DNA from: a virus
Lineage: Duplodnaviria; Caudoviricetes
Virus record (IMG/VR): IMGVR_UViG_3300044712_000496
Span: 330 to 64,329 of that record
Reading direction: 5' to 3' (one strand)
DNA length: 64,000 nucleotides
The notes under the pieces were generated by a model. That model saw nothing but the letters and a program-made list of their open reading frames with translations. It ran no database searches and had not been told where the DNA came from. Of the stretch, positions 19,553 to 29,803 are shown piece after piece. Made by a program: the position numbers and the translations under genes. Positions within the stretch are counted from its first letter, which is position 1. Every line of letters begins with the position of its first letter.

Positions 19553-20563
19553 ATGGCTATTAATCTGTATGGGGACATCTCCCCGCGTACCGCAGGGAAG
19601 GCGATGCCCGGTTTCCTAATGAGGGCGCTTCCGTATTTGACCATCGAGAAATTCATTGATCTTCGTCCCCTTCCTTCCAACTCGACCAAGGTGGCGATCT
19701 TCAGGCGTTATGAGGCTCTCGCTGTCGCAACCACCCCGCTCGTTGAGGGCGTGACTCCGCAGGGCAACGCGGTCGCCAAGACCGACTATTCCTGCACCCT
19801 GACCCAGTATGGCGATTTTGTCCAGCTCACCGACCACATCGCCGACTTCCATGAGGATTCTGTCCTTCAGGAGTACACCGGCATCATTGCTGAACAGGCG
19901 GCTCAGACCCTTGAGACCCTCCGCTACAACACCCTCAAGGCCGGGACCAACAAGTTCTACGCCAACGGCACCGCCCGTACCGACGTGAACACCCCGATCA
20001 CCCTGTCTCTCCAGAGGAAGATCACCCGCGCATTCAAACGCCAGAACGTCGGCTACATCACTCAGCAGACCGCCAGCACCCCGAACTTCGGGACTGTCTC
20101 CGTCCGCGCCGGTTATGTGGCCCTGGTTCACCCCGACTGTGAGAATGATGTCCGTGCGATGGCCGGGTTCAAGGATGCCGTGGACTACGGTTCAAAGGTT
20201 CCCGTCGATACCTTCGAGATCGGCTGCGTCGAGGATGTCCGCTACATCCGTTCGACCATTTATGAGTCCTATGCCAACGGTGGTGGGGCTTATGCTGGTT
20301 CCGGTTCCTCGATGGTGACGACCGGCGGCACTTCTGCCGACGTTTATCCGATCATCTTCCTTGGTTCTCATTGTGCTGCGTCTGTGCCGCTGAAGGGCAA
20401 GAGTTCCGTCATCGCCCCCATCGTGCGCAATCCCGGCACCATCTCTGATTCCGACAAGCTCGGTCAGAGGGGCCATGTGGGTTGGAAGGCATACTTCGGC
20501 TGTGTGATCCTCAATCAGCTCTTCATGGCTGTTGCCGAGGTCGCCGCTTCCGAACTGAGCTAA
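19553..20563 (+). CDS. Major capsid protein, N4-gp56 family
   Basis: YGDISPRTA, FRRY, LVEGVTP, QYGDF and DKLGQRGHVGWK motifs; strongly biased codon usage. Confidence 0.92.
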   Translation: MAINLYGDISPRTAGKAMPGFLMRALPYLTIEKFIDLRPLPSNSTKVAIFRRYEALAVATTPLVEGVTPQGNAVAKTDYSCTLTQYGDFVQLTDHIADFHEDSVLQEYTGIIAEQAAQTLETLRYNTLKAGTNKFYANGTARTDVNTPITLSLQRKITRAFKRQNVGYITQQTASTPNFGTVSVRAGYVALVHPDCENDVRAMAGFKDAVDYGSKVPVDTFEIGCVEDVRYIRSTIYESYANGGGAYAGSGSSMVTTGGTSADVYPIIFLGSHCAASVPLKGKSSVIAPIVRNPGTISDSDKLGQRGHVGWKAYFGCVILNQLFMAVAEVAASELS

Positions 20564-20569
20564 GTAACC

Positions 20570-20600
20570 AGGGGGAGTGAACCTCCCCCTTCAAATTTTT
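20570..20600 (+). terminator. Hairpin after the capsid gene
   Basis: AGGGGGAG-TGAAC-CTCCCCCT followed by a T-rich tract. Confidence 0.55.
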
Positions 20601-20613
20601 CAGGAGGTCAATT

Positions 20614-21093
20614 ATGACAACTTCAGCAAAAAAAGGCATCTGCCTCTCTGATGTAGAGAACGATGCTGTCCGCAAGATGATGGGAACCAGGGCGTTCAGC
20701 CTTTGCTCTGCCGGTATCGGTGGCACTGCTACCAAAGCAAGGCTCTCCGCAACCGTTTATTACTGCATCAATGGCAAGATGTACTCCAAAGGAACCACCG
20801 ATGATGTGTGGACACTTGCCGGGTCGGTCGTTCCTGTTTCTTCGACTAAGTATTTTCTACTCTGCCTCGATGCTACCGGCACGGGCGTTGTAGTTGAAGG
20901 GACTTCCACCACGCATGGCCAGATCCCGGTCGATGCCAACGGCCTCCCCACCGCTTGCCCGGTGGCGGAACTGAAGGTCGAGACCGACTCCACCCACACC
21001 TTTACCCCCGGCACCACCAATCTCAGTGCCGCCGGTATTACTGACACCTACACCGACATCTCCGTTCTTCCGGTCGGTGGGGTCGCCGCGTAA
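20614..21093 (+). CDS. Putative capsid decoration protein
   Basis: Follows the capsid gene; FTPGTTNL motif shared with the next gene (FTAGTTAL). Confidence 0.55.
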   Translation: MTTSAKKGICLSDVENDAVRKMMGTRAFSLCSAGIGGTATKARLSATVYYCINGKMYSKGTTDDVWTLAGSVVPVSSTKYFLLCLDATGTGVVVEGTSTTHGQIPVDANGLPTACPVAELKVETDSTHTFTPGTTNLSAAGITDTYTDISVLPVGGVAA

Positions 21094-21105
21094 GGGGGGT
21101 CTATC

Positions 21106-21684
21106 ATGGCTATTACGACCAAAGTAAGTGCCTCTTCCTGCGCGTTTGCCGGTAACTTGCTGGACTTCGGCAAGGCTCTTCTGACCGATCTCGCCAAGGG
21201 CTTCGCCGACATCCTCTCGCTCCGCACCGCTCAGATCTCCGGTGTCCTCCAGCCGGCGGCTCTCGCAATAAAAACAGGGGGGAGTGCCATAGTGCGGTCC
21301 ACCACCAACATCGTCGCAAAAGTCGGTGGAACCTGGGCCTATGTTGCTGCGGGGGATATGAGCGCGATTGCCGGAACTCTGGTGACTGCTCATTACGCAG
21401 GGTGGGCGTTTTATGTGGACAACGCCGGGACTGTCACTACCTCGACCAAGACTGCTGACTGTGATTCATTCGCTCTCGCTCTGGCTGCGGTGTCCGCAAT
21501 CTCCACCCCGAGTACCAAGGTTCTGATTGGTTTCATCATCGTTCAGAATGCCACAGGGAGCGACTTCACTGCTGGTACTACCGCGCTGGACGCTTCAAAC
21601 GTGACGACCACCTATTTCAATGTGAGCGGCAACGCAACCAGCATCTCCGCTCCTACCAGTGCAACCCGTGTGCTGATCGACTAA
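21106..21684 (+). CDS. Putative capsid decoration protein (paralog of the previous gene)
   Basis: Similar C-terminal IGFIIV...FTAGTTALDAS. Confidence 0.55.
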   Translation: MAITTKVSASSCAFAGNLLDFGKALLTDLAKGFADILSLRTAQISGVLQPAALAIKTGGSAIVRSTTNIVAKVGGTWAYVAAGDMSAIAGTLVTAHYAGWAFYVDNAGTVTTSTKTADCDSFALALAAVSAISTPSTKVLIGFIIVQNATGSDFTAGTTALDASNVTTTYFNVSGNATSISAPTSATRVLID

Positions 21685-21704
21685 GCGTTGGGATTATTGT
21701 GCGC

Positions 21705-21735
21705 AGCCCCTCGGTTCTCCGCCGAGGGGCTTTTT
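21705..21735 (+). terminator. Rho-independent terminator
   Basis: AGCCCCTCGG-loop-CCGAGGGGCT-TTTT. Confidence 0.85.
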
Positions 21736-21753
21736 AGGTAGGAGGGACCGACT

Positions 21754-22032
21754 ATGTACCTTGAACGGATCCTAGAAGTTGCCAAGATTGATAATGGATA
21801 TGTGGTGGAAGCAAGGGTTCCCCTCAAACGGAAGAAGGATAAAGATGGTTGTATACCCTGTGATTCGGGTGCGGATAAACAGATTCTTTGTAAAGATGAA
21901 AAGGAAGCGGCCTCGGCTGTCGAGAAGCTCCTTCCGCTTTTAGATACTGAGTATTCCACCAAGAAAGAGTTTGAAAGCGCCTTCGATGAAGCAGCGAAGG
22001 ACATGGAAGACGACGAAGAAAACGACGACTAA
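21754..22032 (+). CDS. Hypothetical acidic protein
   Basis: GGAGG RBS; C-terminal EFESAFDE. Confidence 0.7.
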   Translation: MYLERILEVAKIDNGYVVEARVPLKRKKDKDGCIPCDSGADKQILCKDEKEAASAVEKLLPLLDTEYSTKKEFESAFDEAAKDMEDDEENDD

Positions 22033-22046
22033 AGGAGAGACGATTC

Positions 22047-22430
22047 ATGGAAACAGCAGGCATAGACCTGAGTTTGGACGAGTTCAAGACCCCGGCGATT
22101 CAGAAGGAAGCGGTTGCCGCCGGTCTCAGCAGGATCCACAAGGGGAAGGAAGAGTATGCACCTCCCTATTACACCATCAATATCGCCTCGGTTGAGGGTC
22201 TGCCGGAGTTCGAGGTTGTCGGTGTGAACGGCGAGGTTCTCCAGATCCGGCGCGGTGTGGATGTCCCCAACATCCCCGAGTGTTTTGTCAAGAACCTGAG
22301 AACCTGCATGTCGAAGCGCCAGGTGACGAAGCTCGACGCCAACGGCAAGGAGTACAACGACTGGGTTCCTTATCCCGCGATCCCCTACCAGATCATCGAG
22401 GGTCCATATATGGAGAGGAAGAAGATATAA
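22047..22430 (+). CDS. Conserved phage head-region protein
   Basis: VGVNGEVLQIRRGVDV motif typical downstream of N4-gp56-type capsids. Confidence 0.65.
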   Translation: METAGIDLSLDEFKTPAIQKEAVAAGLSRIHKGKEEYAPPYYTINIASVEGLPEFEVVGVNGEVLQIRRGVDVPNIPECFVKNLRTCMSKRQVTKLDANGKEYNDWVPYPAIPYQIIEGPYMERKKI

Positions 22431-23123
22431 ATGCTCCGTGTCGATGTCCTAGACGAACTCAGGCATGTCCTCCGTGACACCCGCACTCCCTACAGGTGGA
22501 GCGACAGGCGCCTTATGCGGTTCCTTGCGATGGGCCAGGATCAGTTCTGTAAGGACACCGGCTTTTTCACCGACCGCAACAGCTACACCATAACGACCCA
22601 GGCGGGTATCGACCAGTACGATATCGACTCAAGGATCATCAGGGTTTACGAGGTGTGGTACGGCGACAACGTGCGGCTGACCCAGTTCTTCGAGCATCAG
22701 CGTTCGTCCGAGGCACTGGACCAGTGGAGCAATTCTTTCTCCACCATCGAACTGACACCGGGGCCCCCCTATGGGTGGCAGACGGACCGGGAGACCCAGA
22801 AGCTGACACTTTACCCCATCCCCGACACCGTTTATGAATTTGACCTCCGGGTACAGCGCAGGAGCCTGGTCGTGTTCGACCACCAGGATGTGAACGGGAA
22901 GTTCGACACCGAACTTGAGATCCCGGAGGACCACCACTTCGCACCCATCGAGTACGCCGCGTGGAGGGCTTTTTCCGATCATGACTCCGAATTGCAGGAT
23001 CCCGTGAAGGCGGCGGAGCATTTCGGCAATTACAAGATGTATGCCAAAGAGGGGAAACGGGATTTCAGAAGGCTGTCAGGCGGGGGTCCGACGTTCGCCG
23101 GCAATCCTCTCTATGTAGTGTGA
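22431..23123 (+). CDS. Head-tail adaptor protein
   Basis: LRDTRTPYRWSD...LYPIPD...EIPEDHH...YAAWRAF. Confidence 0.7.
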   Translation: MLRVDVLDELRHVLRDTRTPYRWSDRRLMRFLAMGQDQFCKDTGFFTDRNSYTITTQAGIDQYDIDSRIIRVYEVWYGDNVRLTQFFEHQRSSEALDQWSNSFSTIELTPGPPYGWQTDRETQKLTLYPIPDTVYEFDLRVQRRSLVVFDHQDVNGKFDTELEIPEDHHFAPIEYAAWRAFSDHDSELQDPVKAAEHFGNYKMYAKEGKRDFRRLSGGGPTFAGNPLYVV

Positions 23124-23135
23124 TGGAGGTCAACT

Positions 23136-24056
23136 GTGGCTCTATTATCGTTTGCTCGCTGCTTGGGGATAAACAACCGCAAGCCCACAGAGGATCTCAA
23201 GGCACCTTCGATCTGGCGACCCGGTATCGACGATGACGGTATTTCTTACGAGGTAAGCGAGGCCACAAATTGCGAAGTTGATACTGCGCTCTCGCTCAGT
23301 CGGCGAAGCGGCTATACGCTTACCTCGTCTTCTGCCCCCCATTCACTGTGGGCGACACTGGATGGCAATTATGCCTATTGCATATTGGGGAACGATCTCT
23401 GTTCGTTCCCTGATTTTTCCGTCGTCGCAGCCGGTGTCGGGGCCAGTGAGATGTCCTTCCAGGAAACTCCCAAGTTCATATTCTTCACGAACGGAGCGGT
23501 CATCGGCTACATCCAGAACAGGACGGCCTATGCCGTCCCCTCCCCCACCGAGTTGAACAGGGTGCGCATATTCCCCGGCTCCTGCCTTGACTTCTACAAG
23601 GCCCGACTGTTCTGGGCGGTGGCGAATGTCCTTTATTTCAGCGATGCCTTCAAACTGTTTCAGACTGACCTCCGTTACAACTTCAAACAGTTCCCCGCCG
23701 ACATTGACCTTATCGCCGCTGGCGAGTACGGGGTGTGGGTCGCTGCGGGAACACGCACTTATTATCTCTCAGGGAACAATCCCCATCAGTTCACAGCCAC
23801 CGAGGTCGCTCCCTACGGCGCGAAGCGAGGCTCGAAGACCTATGTGGATGGTCAGAAGATACGCGGCGATCTAGGGAAAAGGACTCCGGTTTGGGCTTCC
23901 CATGAAGGGATAGTGGTTGGCACTCCGACCGGGGATCTTATCAACCTGACCAATGAAAAATACATCATGCCCGACGGCTCAAAGGCTGCGCTCGTCGCTC
24001 GGGACAGAAAAGACACCGGGGCTGGTTATTTGCAGCTAATAACATCATTGAGGTAA
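23136..24056 (+). CDS. Tail tubular/nozzle-like protein
   Basis: GINNR...RRSGY beta-propeller-like pattern; position after the adaptor. Confidence 0.55.
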   Translation: MALLSFARCLGINNRKPTEDLKAPSIWRPGIDDDGISYEVSEATNCEVDTALSLSRRSGYTLTSSSAPHSLWATLDGNYAYCILGNDLCSFPDFSVVAAGVGASEMSFQETPKFIFFTNGAVIGYIQNRTAYAVPSPTELNRVRIFPGSCLDFYKARLFWAVANVLYFSDAFKLFQTDLRYNFKQFPADIDLIAAGEYGVWVAAGTRTYYLSGNNPHQFTATEVAPYGAKRGSKTYVDGQKIRGDLGKRTPVWASHEGIVVGTPTGDLINLTNEKYIMPDGSKAALVARDRKDTGAGYLQLITSLR

Positions 24057-24061
24057 GGGAA

Positions 24062-24262
24062 ATGAGCCAAGAAGAAAGAATCGCAAGTCTGGAGCGGGAG
24101 AATCAGTTTCTCAGGGAAGAGATCGAGAGGCTGAGGGTTAGACTAGATGGTCCGAGTAGGGATCGTCAATCGCTTCTTCCTTGGGTGATACCGCCCTACC
24201 CTTTGCCTTTTACGCCATACATTGTGGGGGACTTTCCCGATACCCAACCAATAATTTCATAG
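24062..24262 (+). CDS. Hypothetical protein
   Basis: 66 aa, coiled-coil N-terminus. Confidence 0.45.
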   Translation: MSQEERIASLERENQFLREEIERLRVRLDGPSRDRQSLLPWVIPPYPLPFTPYIVGDFPDTQPIIS

Positions 24263-24272
24263 GGGGTTTTCA

Positions 24273-25037
24273 ATGATAAACGAATCAACACTTTTCAGGC
24301 AGTTCAGGCAGAAGAATGGTTGCACCAAGCAAGCCCTTCAGGGCGGGGTGCTTTGTCTCTATGACGGGGTGCAGCCGACCGACCCGGATGTTGCGCCGAA
24401 CGGCAACCTTCTGGTTACATTCACCCAGTCCTCGGGCGCTCACACCGCCGAGACCCTGGCAATCGGCTCCGTAACCCTGACGGGCGGATCATCCGGGAGC
24501 GTGAATCAGGTAACGGTCAACAGCGAGCCGCTTCTTGCTTCGGCGGTTTCCTATAGTTCTTCGCTCGCCCAGACCGCTCTGAACCTGATCGACGCCATTA
24601 ACGACCAGACCTTCAGGCACGGATATGTGGCATCCTCCGGCGGCACTGCGGTTGTCACTCTCACGGCGCCAATCGGCTCAGGGGCATTGGTCAACTCTTT
24701 CGTGGTCACTGCCAGCCTTACGACTATCACCGCTTCCTACGGCAATATGTCCGGCGGGGTTACTGCGGTGAACGGGCTGACCTTCGGAGAGTCTGTCGCC
24801 GGAGTGCTGTCGGGCAATGGCACATGGTCGGGTGTTGCCGTGGCGACCGGGGTTCCCGCTTCTTACCGCTTCGCCCGTAGTGCTGCGGACGCGGCTTCCG
24901 CAACTCCGTCCGGTCCTCGTATTGATGGCTCGGTCTCTTCGTCCGGGGCGGACCTCAACTTCACTCCGAACCAGGCAGTCAGCGGCGTGACCATGACCAT
25001 AACAGCGAGTTCCTTCCAGTACACCGAACCGGCCTAA
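24273..25037 (+). CDS. Virion structural protein
   Basis: LYDGVQPTDPD...RIDGSV...ADL motif family with a central insertion. Confidence 0.6.
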   Translation: MINESTLFRQFRQKNGCTKQALQGGVLCLYDGVQPTDPDVAPNGNLLVTFTQSSGAHTAETLAIGSVTLTGGSSGSVNQVTVNSEPLLASAVSYSSSLAQTALNLIDAINDQTFRHGYVASSGGTAVVTLTAPIGSGALVNSFVVTASLTTITASYGNMSGGVTAVNGLTFGESVAGVLSGNGTWSGVAVATGVPASYRFARSAADAASATPSGPRIDGSVSSSGADLNFTPNQAVSGVTMTITASSFQYTEPA

Positions 25038-25047
25038 GAGGTAGGGG

Positions 25048-25965
25048 ATGGCTGACTACAGCATCACATCATCGGGTGGAGCGGTTGCCGGCGGCGCGGT
25101 AGCTTTTGTCAAGAGCGCCACGTTCCTGACCTATGCGGCTCCTCTAGGGGTGGTGGTTGGAGGATATTCCCCTGCGGGTGCTGTGGCCGTAGGGACCGCA
25201 TCCGGGAACATCGGCAAAATAACCGGCATCGGATATGGAGCTGCGACCGGCAGCGGGCGGTTGAAGGCTCTCTCCGGTTCCGGGGTGGGATATGTCATCG
25301 CTCTGGGGACCGGGGCGGCGGATCTGCGCAAGGTGCATCAGCTCGTAGGGTATGGCAACAGCGGGTGTATCGGAACCGGGAGCGGGGCGTTTGCGGGGCT
25401 TACCGGGGAAGGAACCGGAGTGGTTCTCGCAGTCGGCACGGCATCCGCGACTCTGAAGGGTGTCATTGGAGCAGGTATAGGCACCGGGGTTTACAAGGCC
25501 GTTGTGGTAAACGCTCAGAACGGGGTTGTTACAGAGTGGGCGCCTTATGGGTTCAATTCCTTCTGCTTCTATCGGGGATCCTACTACGGGGCGAGCAGCG
25601 CGGGGGTGATGAAGCTCTTTACCGGCGATCTGGATAACACTTCCATTATTGAAGCGGAGGCCCATCTCCCCACTACCGACTTCAACTCCAACGCCCAGAA
25701 GTTCGTTACCCAGGCTTACTTGAACGCTCGGGGGGATGGGGAGCTGGAGATTGACCTCTACACCGATGAGGAGGAAGACCCTTACGAATACTTTACTGAC
25801 GAGGACTTGACGGACAGCTTGAGTAACCATCGGGTTCCGTTCGGTCGCGGCTGCGAGGGGGAGAACTGGAAGCCGGTCATCAAGAACGTGGATGGGTCTG
25901 ACTTCGCGCTACGTAACTTGGACCTGCACTTTAATGTCTCCTCCAGACGGATAAGGAGTATGTGA
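25048..25965 (+). CDS. Virion tail protein
   Basis: Gly-rich N-half; C-half FNSF...TDF...YL...GRG pattern. Confidence 0.6.
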   Translation: MADYSITSSGGAVAGGAVAFVKSATFLTYAAPLGVVVGGYSPAGAVAVGTASGNIGKITGIGYGAATGSGRLKALSGSGVGYVIALGTGAADLRKVHQLVGYGNSGCIGTGSGAFAGLTGEGTGVVLAVGTASATLKGVIGAGIGTGVYKAVVVNAQNGVVTEWAPYGFNSFCFYRGSYYGASSAGVMKLFTGDLDNTSIIEAEAHLPTTDFNSNAQKFVTQAYLNARGDGELEIDLYTDEEEDPYEYFTDEDLTDSLSNHRVPFGRGCEGENWKPVIKNVDGSDFALRNLDLHFNVSSRRIRSM

Positions 25966-27134
25966 TGACGGTCAGCTACAATTCAAATCTTGCAGCCATA
26001 GGTCTTACAACCGGGCGTTTTGTCGAGGGGTACACCGTTGCCAATAATGCTCTCCAGGCACTTCAGGGTTTTGTCGGCAGCAACCCAGGGATGACGCTCT
26101 CCGAGTACCTTCAGTCGATCCTTACATCCATAAGGCCGATGCCCGAGATCAACCTTCTCGATGCGCCGACATACGACCAGCTCGATGCGGAGTTCAACCT
26201 CACTCCCCCCGTGCCGCCTCCTTCGGAGACCTTCCCCGCTCTGCCGACCGTCATCCCGCAACCCCCGGCGACCAACTTCAATTTCCAGGAGGGGGGTTAC
26301 ACCTCGGATGTGGATATTTCTCTGGTTGAGAAATTGGTGGATGGTATTACAAACGGTGGGACCGGACTCGGGGCGGCGGTCGAGGAAGGGATATGGAACC
26401 GTGAGCAGGAGCGGGCTCTATTAGAACTGGCGGAAGCCAAGAACCGTCTTGCCGGGGAATCATCGGATACCTCCTTCGGTCTGCCGGGTGGAGCCGTTGC
26501 CGCGATGCTCGTAGATCAGGAGACCAAGTTCTCCGATGCAAGGCTCACATCCAACAGGGACATCGCCACGAAACAGGCGGAACTTGCGCAGGACATGACC
26601 AAGGCTTACCTGACCAGCGGACTCAACTATGAAGGCACGAAGCGTTCCTATCTGTCGTCCTTCTGGTCCCGGTCCCTCGATGCGGCCAAGGCTGCTCCCG
26701 CTATCGCCGTGGAGATATACAAAGCACAGGTGGAGTACATCAATGTATTTGTCGCCCAGTACAATGCCATCGCCGCAAAGGTCAACGCCGAGGCCGAAAT
26801 ATTCAAGGCCCAGGTTCTCTCCTATACGTCTCAGGCGGATGTCAAGACCAAGATCATCACTGCTTCCGTTCAGAAGTACATGGCCGATGTCGAGGCTATC
26901 AAGGCCGCGAACACAAGCGAACTGGGCAAGGACGAACTGCTTTTGAAGGAGTTCATAGAGTATCGGACACTCTTCGCCGCCGGCATCACGGAACTGACCA
27001 AACTCTGCACTCAGCTCGTAGCTTCTGCACTGTCCGGGATGTCTGCTACCGCGAGCGTGGGTTACGACGCCAAGGACAACAACGAAGCGTCTAACAGCTA
27101 TGTGGATTACCACTACACAGACGAGACTTCATAA
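25962..27134 (+). CDS. Virion/ejection protein (helical)
   Basis: GGTGL...E..IW.R...FGLPGG motif. Confidence 0.6.
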   Translation: MMTVSYNSNLAAIGLTTGRFVEGYTVANNALQALQGFVGSNPGMTLSEYLQSILTSIRPMPEINLLDAPTYDQLDAEFNLTPPVPPPSETFPALPTVIPQPPATNFNFQEGGYTSDVDISLVEKLVDGITNGGTGLGAAVEEGIWNREQERALLELAEAKNRLAGESSDTSFGLPGGAVAAMLVDQETKFSDARLTSNRDIATKQAELAQDMTKAYLTSGLNYEGTKRSYLSSFWSRSLDAAKAAPAIAVEIYKAQVEYINVFVAQYNAIAAKVNAEAEIFKAQVLSYTSQADVKTKIITASVQKYMADVEAIKAANTSELGKDELLLKEFIEYRTLFAAGITELTKLCTQLVASALSGMSATASVGYDAKDNNEASNSYVDYHYTDETS

Positions 27135-28483
27135 TGGCACAGATTGGGTTGTTTGGAGATAGAACCAGGGTTTTCACTGAGGGGGACGCCGAGGGTTGCA
27201 AGATTTACTTGGGCGAAGCCCGGAGACTCCTGCACCAGTTCAGGCAGAACAACGCTCATCTCGGCACCGCCACATGGGGGCCGATCAAGTTCTCCAGCGG
27301 GGCGGCTATCTCTTTCTTTAAAGCGGCAGGGGACGAGAAGATCAAGATTTTTGTTCCCCCCGAGGAGAAGGGCAAGCCGGAGTATGAACGGGAGCGGGTC
27401 GTGGTGGCAGCGATGGGGGCGACGGATTCTACTCCTGGGTATGTCCTTTTCTTTGACCCCAGTTTGAGCCTGCGGAAACAAATTACCATCGCCCCCGCGA
27501 ATATGAATGGCTTTTCTTGGGGGTTCCTGTCGAACGTGGTAGCAGACAGAAAAACCGGGAAGGCTTACTGCGCCGATACATTTGACTATGTGCATAAATT
27601 GAATATGCGGAGTATGAAGATCGAGAACTCCTTGGCTCTGCCGACTGGTTACAGCAATGTCTACCTCCGGGCGATAAACAACTACGTCATTAACGACTCA
27701 ATATATGTGTCCGCGATGGACTACTCGACCCTGTACCCGCATCGGAAGGATAGTCTGTTCAGGATCGACAAGGGGAGTCTACAAGTCCTTAGCTCCTCCC
27801 AGATGCACAATGACGAGTATGCGTTTCCATATTCCTACTGGGGCAAGGGCGCAGCGTATTCCGTGGTGGCGACGAGGGATCATGTTTACGCCGGTCAGGT
27901 GGCGGTGCTGGAGAAGTTCAGCAGTGGTCTCGCTTATGAGAATGATGTCGCCATATCATCGAACCCGGCTGACTCCATTGCGGCGAACTCGGCCATTTAC
28001 AATCCGCAGAACAAGCGGATATATGCGGTGCGCTCCTTTGTAGGCACTATCCCGCAATGGGGATTGATCTCCTTTGACACGCAGACCGATTCCATATTGG
28101 CGACTGCGAATCAACCCGCTGGCGACCCCCCCGCCAGTTCTTATGGGATAGTTAGTGCGGACCGCAAGCGCGGATTTGTGTTCGTCGGTTACTACGAGGC
28201 TGAAAATGCGCGGGGGATGGGGCAACCGCAGCGGGTGATCGTGCGGAAGTACAATTCTGGGCTCGGGTATGTCAGTGGGTCGCAGGAGTTCCTTTACAAT
28301 GCGCCGATAGCCGGGATCACCGTTTCTGAGGATGGTCGGTTTCTTTATTTCGTAACCGGCGGTTACTCGGCACCGCAGACCGGGTGCTTGCTGGCTAAGT
28401 TGCGGGTGTCCAATATGAGTGTTGTCAAACAGGTTACTATTGCGGGTCTACGCGGTAACGGGATAGATTGCTGTCCCATATAG
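27134..28483 (+). CDS. Beta-propeller protein, possible receptor-binding/tail component
   Basis: Repeated YVTN-like strands. Confidence 0.55.
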   Translation: MAQIGLFGDRTRVFTEGDAEGCKIYLGEARRLLHQFRQNNAHLGTATWGPIKFSSGAAISFFKAAGDEKIKIFVPPEEKGKPEYERERVVVAAMGATDSTPGYVLFFDPSLSLRKQITIAPANMNGFSWGFLSNVVADRKTGKAYCADTFDYVHKLNMRSMKIENSLALPTGYSNVYLRAINNYVINDSIYVSAMDYSTLYPHRKDSLFRIDKGSLQVLSSSQMHNDEYAFPYSYWGKGAAYSVVATRDHVYAGQVAVLEKFSSGLAYENDVAISSNPADSIAANSAIYNPQNKRIYAVRSFVGTIPQWGLISFDTQTDSILATANQPAGDPPASSYGIVSADRKRGFVFVGYYEAENARGMGQPQRVIVRKYNSGLGYVSGSQEFLYNAPIAGITVSEDGRFLYFVTGGYSAPQTGCLLAKLRVSNMSVVKQVTIAGLRGNGIDCCPI

Positions 28484-28492
28484 GAGGTCGTC

Positions 28493-29803
28493 ATGGCGGA
28501 TTTCAGTTTTACTACAGGATCATTTAAGAAAGACCCGAGAGACTTCAGCTTTACCACCGGGGGTTTTGCTGGTCAAGCTGCGCCGAAGGTGGCTCCTATT
28601 GCTTCGCATGGAGATGGGATTGCTCCTCCGGTTGCCCCTCCGGTCTCTCCTACACCCGCTCCCGAAAAACCGGCTCGGGTGAGGAACTTCCATCAGGTCG
28701 CCAAGACCGCCAATGCGGGAGCGGACTTTTCCAGGGCTGTGCAGAACATCGCAGATAATGTCTACCCCGGTCCCCCTACGGAGAACGGTTTCAGTCTGAC
28801 AAAGGGCGACACCGGGGCGACTTACGGTTACGATCCTGAGTCCAACTCCTTCAGCAAGCCCCTCGGGTTCTATACCGCCGCCGGCCAGAAGCTCGAAGGG
28901 CCGGAGAATATCACTGGCACGGTGGGAAGGTCCATGCTGACCGGAGCCCCCATTTCAGGAACAAATTTTGTCAGCGGGGCCACGGTCGCCCCGACCCCCA
29001 ATGGCATCGCCCATACTCCCGGAGCAACGGAGAAAGAGGTTCCCCTTTCCATGATCTCAAACCCTAAGACCAATCCTCTCACAAACCCCTGGTCCGGGAG
29101 CCCCGAACAGAAAGCCACTGCTGAGACCTTGGATGACATGATGCGTTCCTACAAGACCGCCGTTGACCCGTTCAATCCTTTCCTCCGGGGCAGGACGAGG
29201 GCTGCGCTCGCTGAAGCGGCGACCAGCGGGGTTAACAGGTCTTTGGAGAGCATGGTCGGTGGGGCTGCGCATGGGATGAACTTCATGTCAACCGTGAGGG
29301 GCCAGGATACTGCGGCGGATATTGCTTCTGATAAGAATGCCGTGGATGTTCAGAACATAAATGCCAATCTCCAGATAGCGAAGCAGAATAATGCGCTCCA
29401 GAGCAAGATCCTTGAGAACACTATAAAGCATCAGGGGGTTCAGGAAGGTTTCGAGGCCCAGAGGCTCGGGCTGGACGCCAGCAGACTCAATTTCGATAAG
29501 TCCAACTCCAAGACCGCGCTTGAGGCTCTGAAGCAGGAGAATAAAAGCACTCCGGTTTTTAAGGACTTCCTTACTGCGTCGGGTGGGGATGTGGGCAAGG
29601 CGACCGAGGGGATGCAGGACTACAGTATGGCGACAAAAGGGTGGAGCCCGGTGAAGGAACAGAAGGTAGGAAATTTTCTGAATAGGAGCAAGGTGCCGAG
29701 GCACTACGCCCCGCAAGGCGGGGTTCCCACAGGAACTTATGGGGCCGACGGAATGCCGCTCTACAAACTCTCTAATGGTCAAGTTGTATCCGGGGTAAGA
29801 TAA
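28493..29803 (+). CDS. Internal virion/ejection protein
   Basis: Low-complexity Pro/Gly/Gln-rich protein directly before the giant protein. Confidence 0.55.
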   Translation: MADFSFTTGSFKKDPRDFSFTTGGFAGQAAPKVAPIASHGDGIAPPVAPPVSPTPAPEKPARVRNFHQVAKTANAGADFSRAVQNIADNVYPGPPTENGFSLTKGDTGATYGYDPESNSFSKPLGFYTAAGQKLEGPENITGTVGRSMLTGAPISGTNFVSGATVAPTPNGIAHTPGATEKEVPLSMISNPKTNPLTNPWSGSPEQKATAETLDDMMRSYKTAVDPFNPFLRGRTRAALAEAATSGVNRSLESMVGGAAHGMNFMSTVRGQDTAADIASDKNAVDVQNINANLQIAKQNNALQSKILENTIKHQGVQEGFEAQRLGLDASRLNFDKSNSKTALEALKQENKSTPVFKDFLTASGGDVGKATEGMQDYSMATKGWSPVKEQKVGNFLNRSKVPRHYAPQGGVPTGTYGADGMPLYKLSNGQVVSGVR

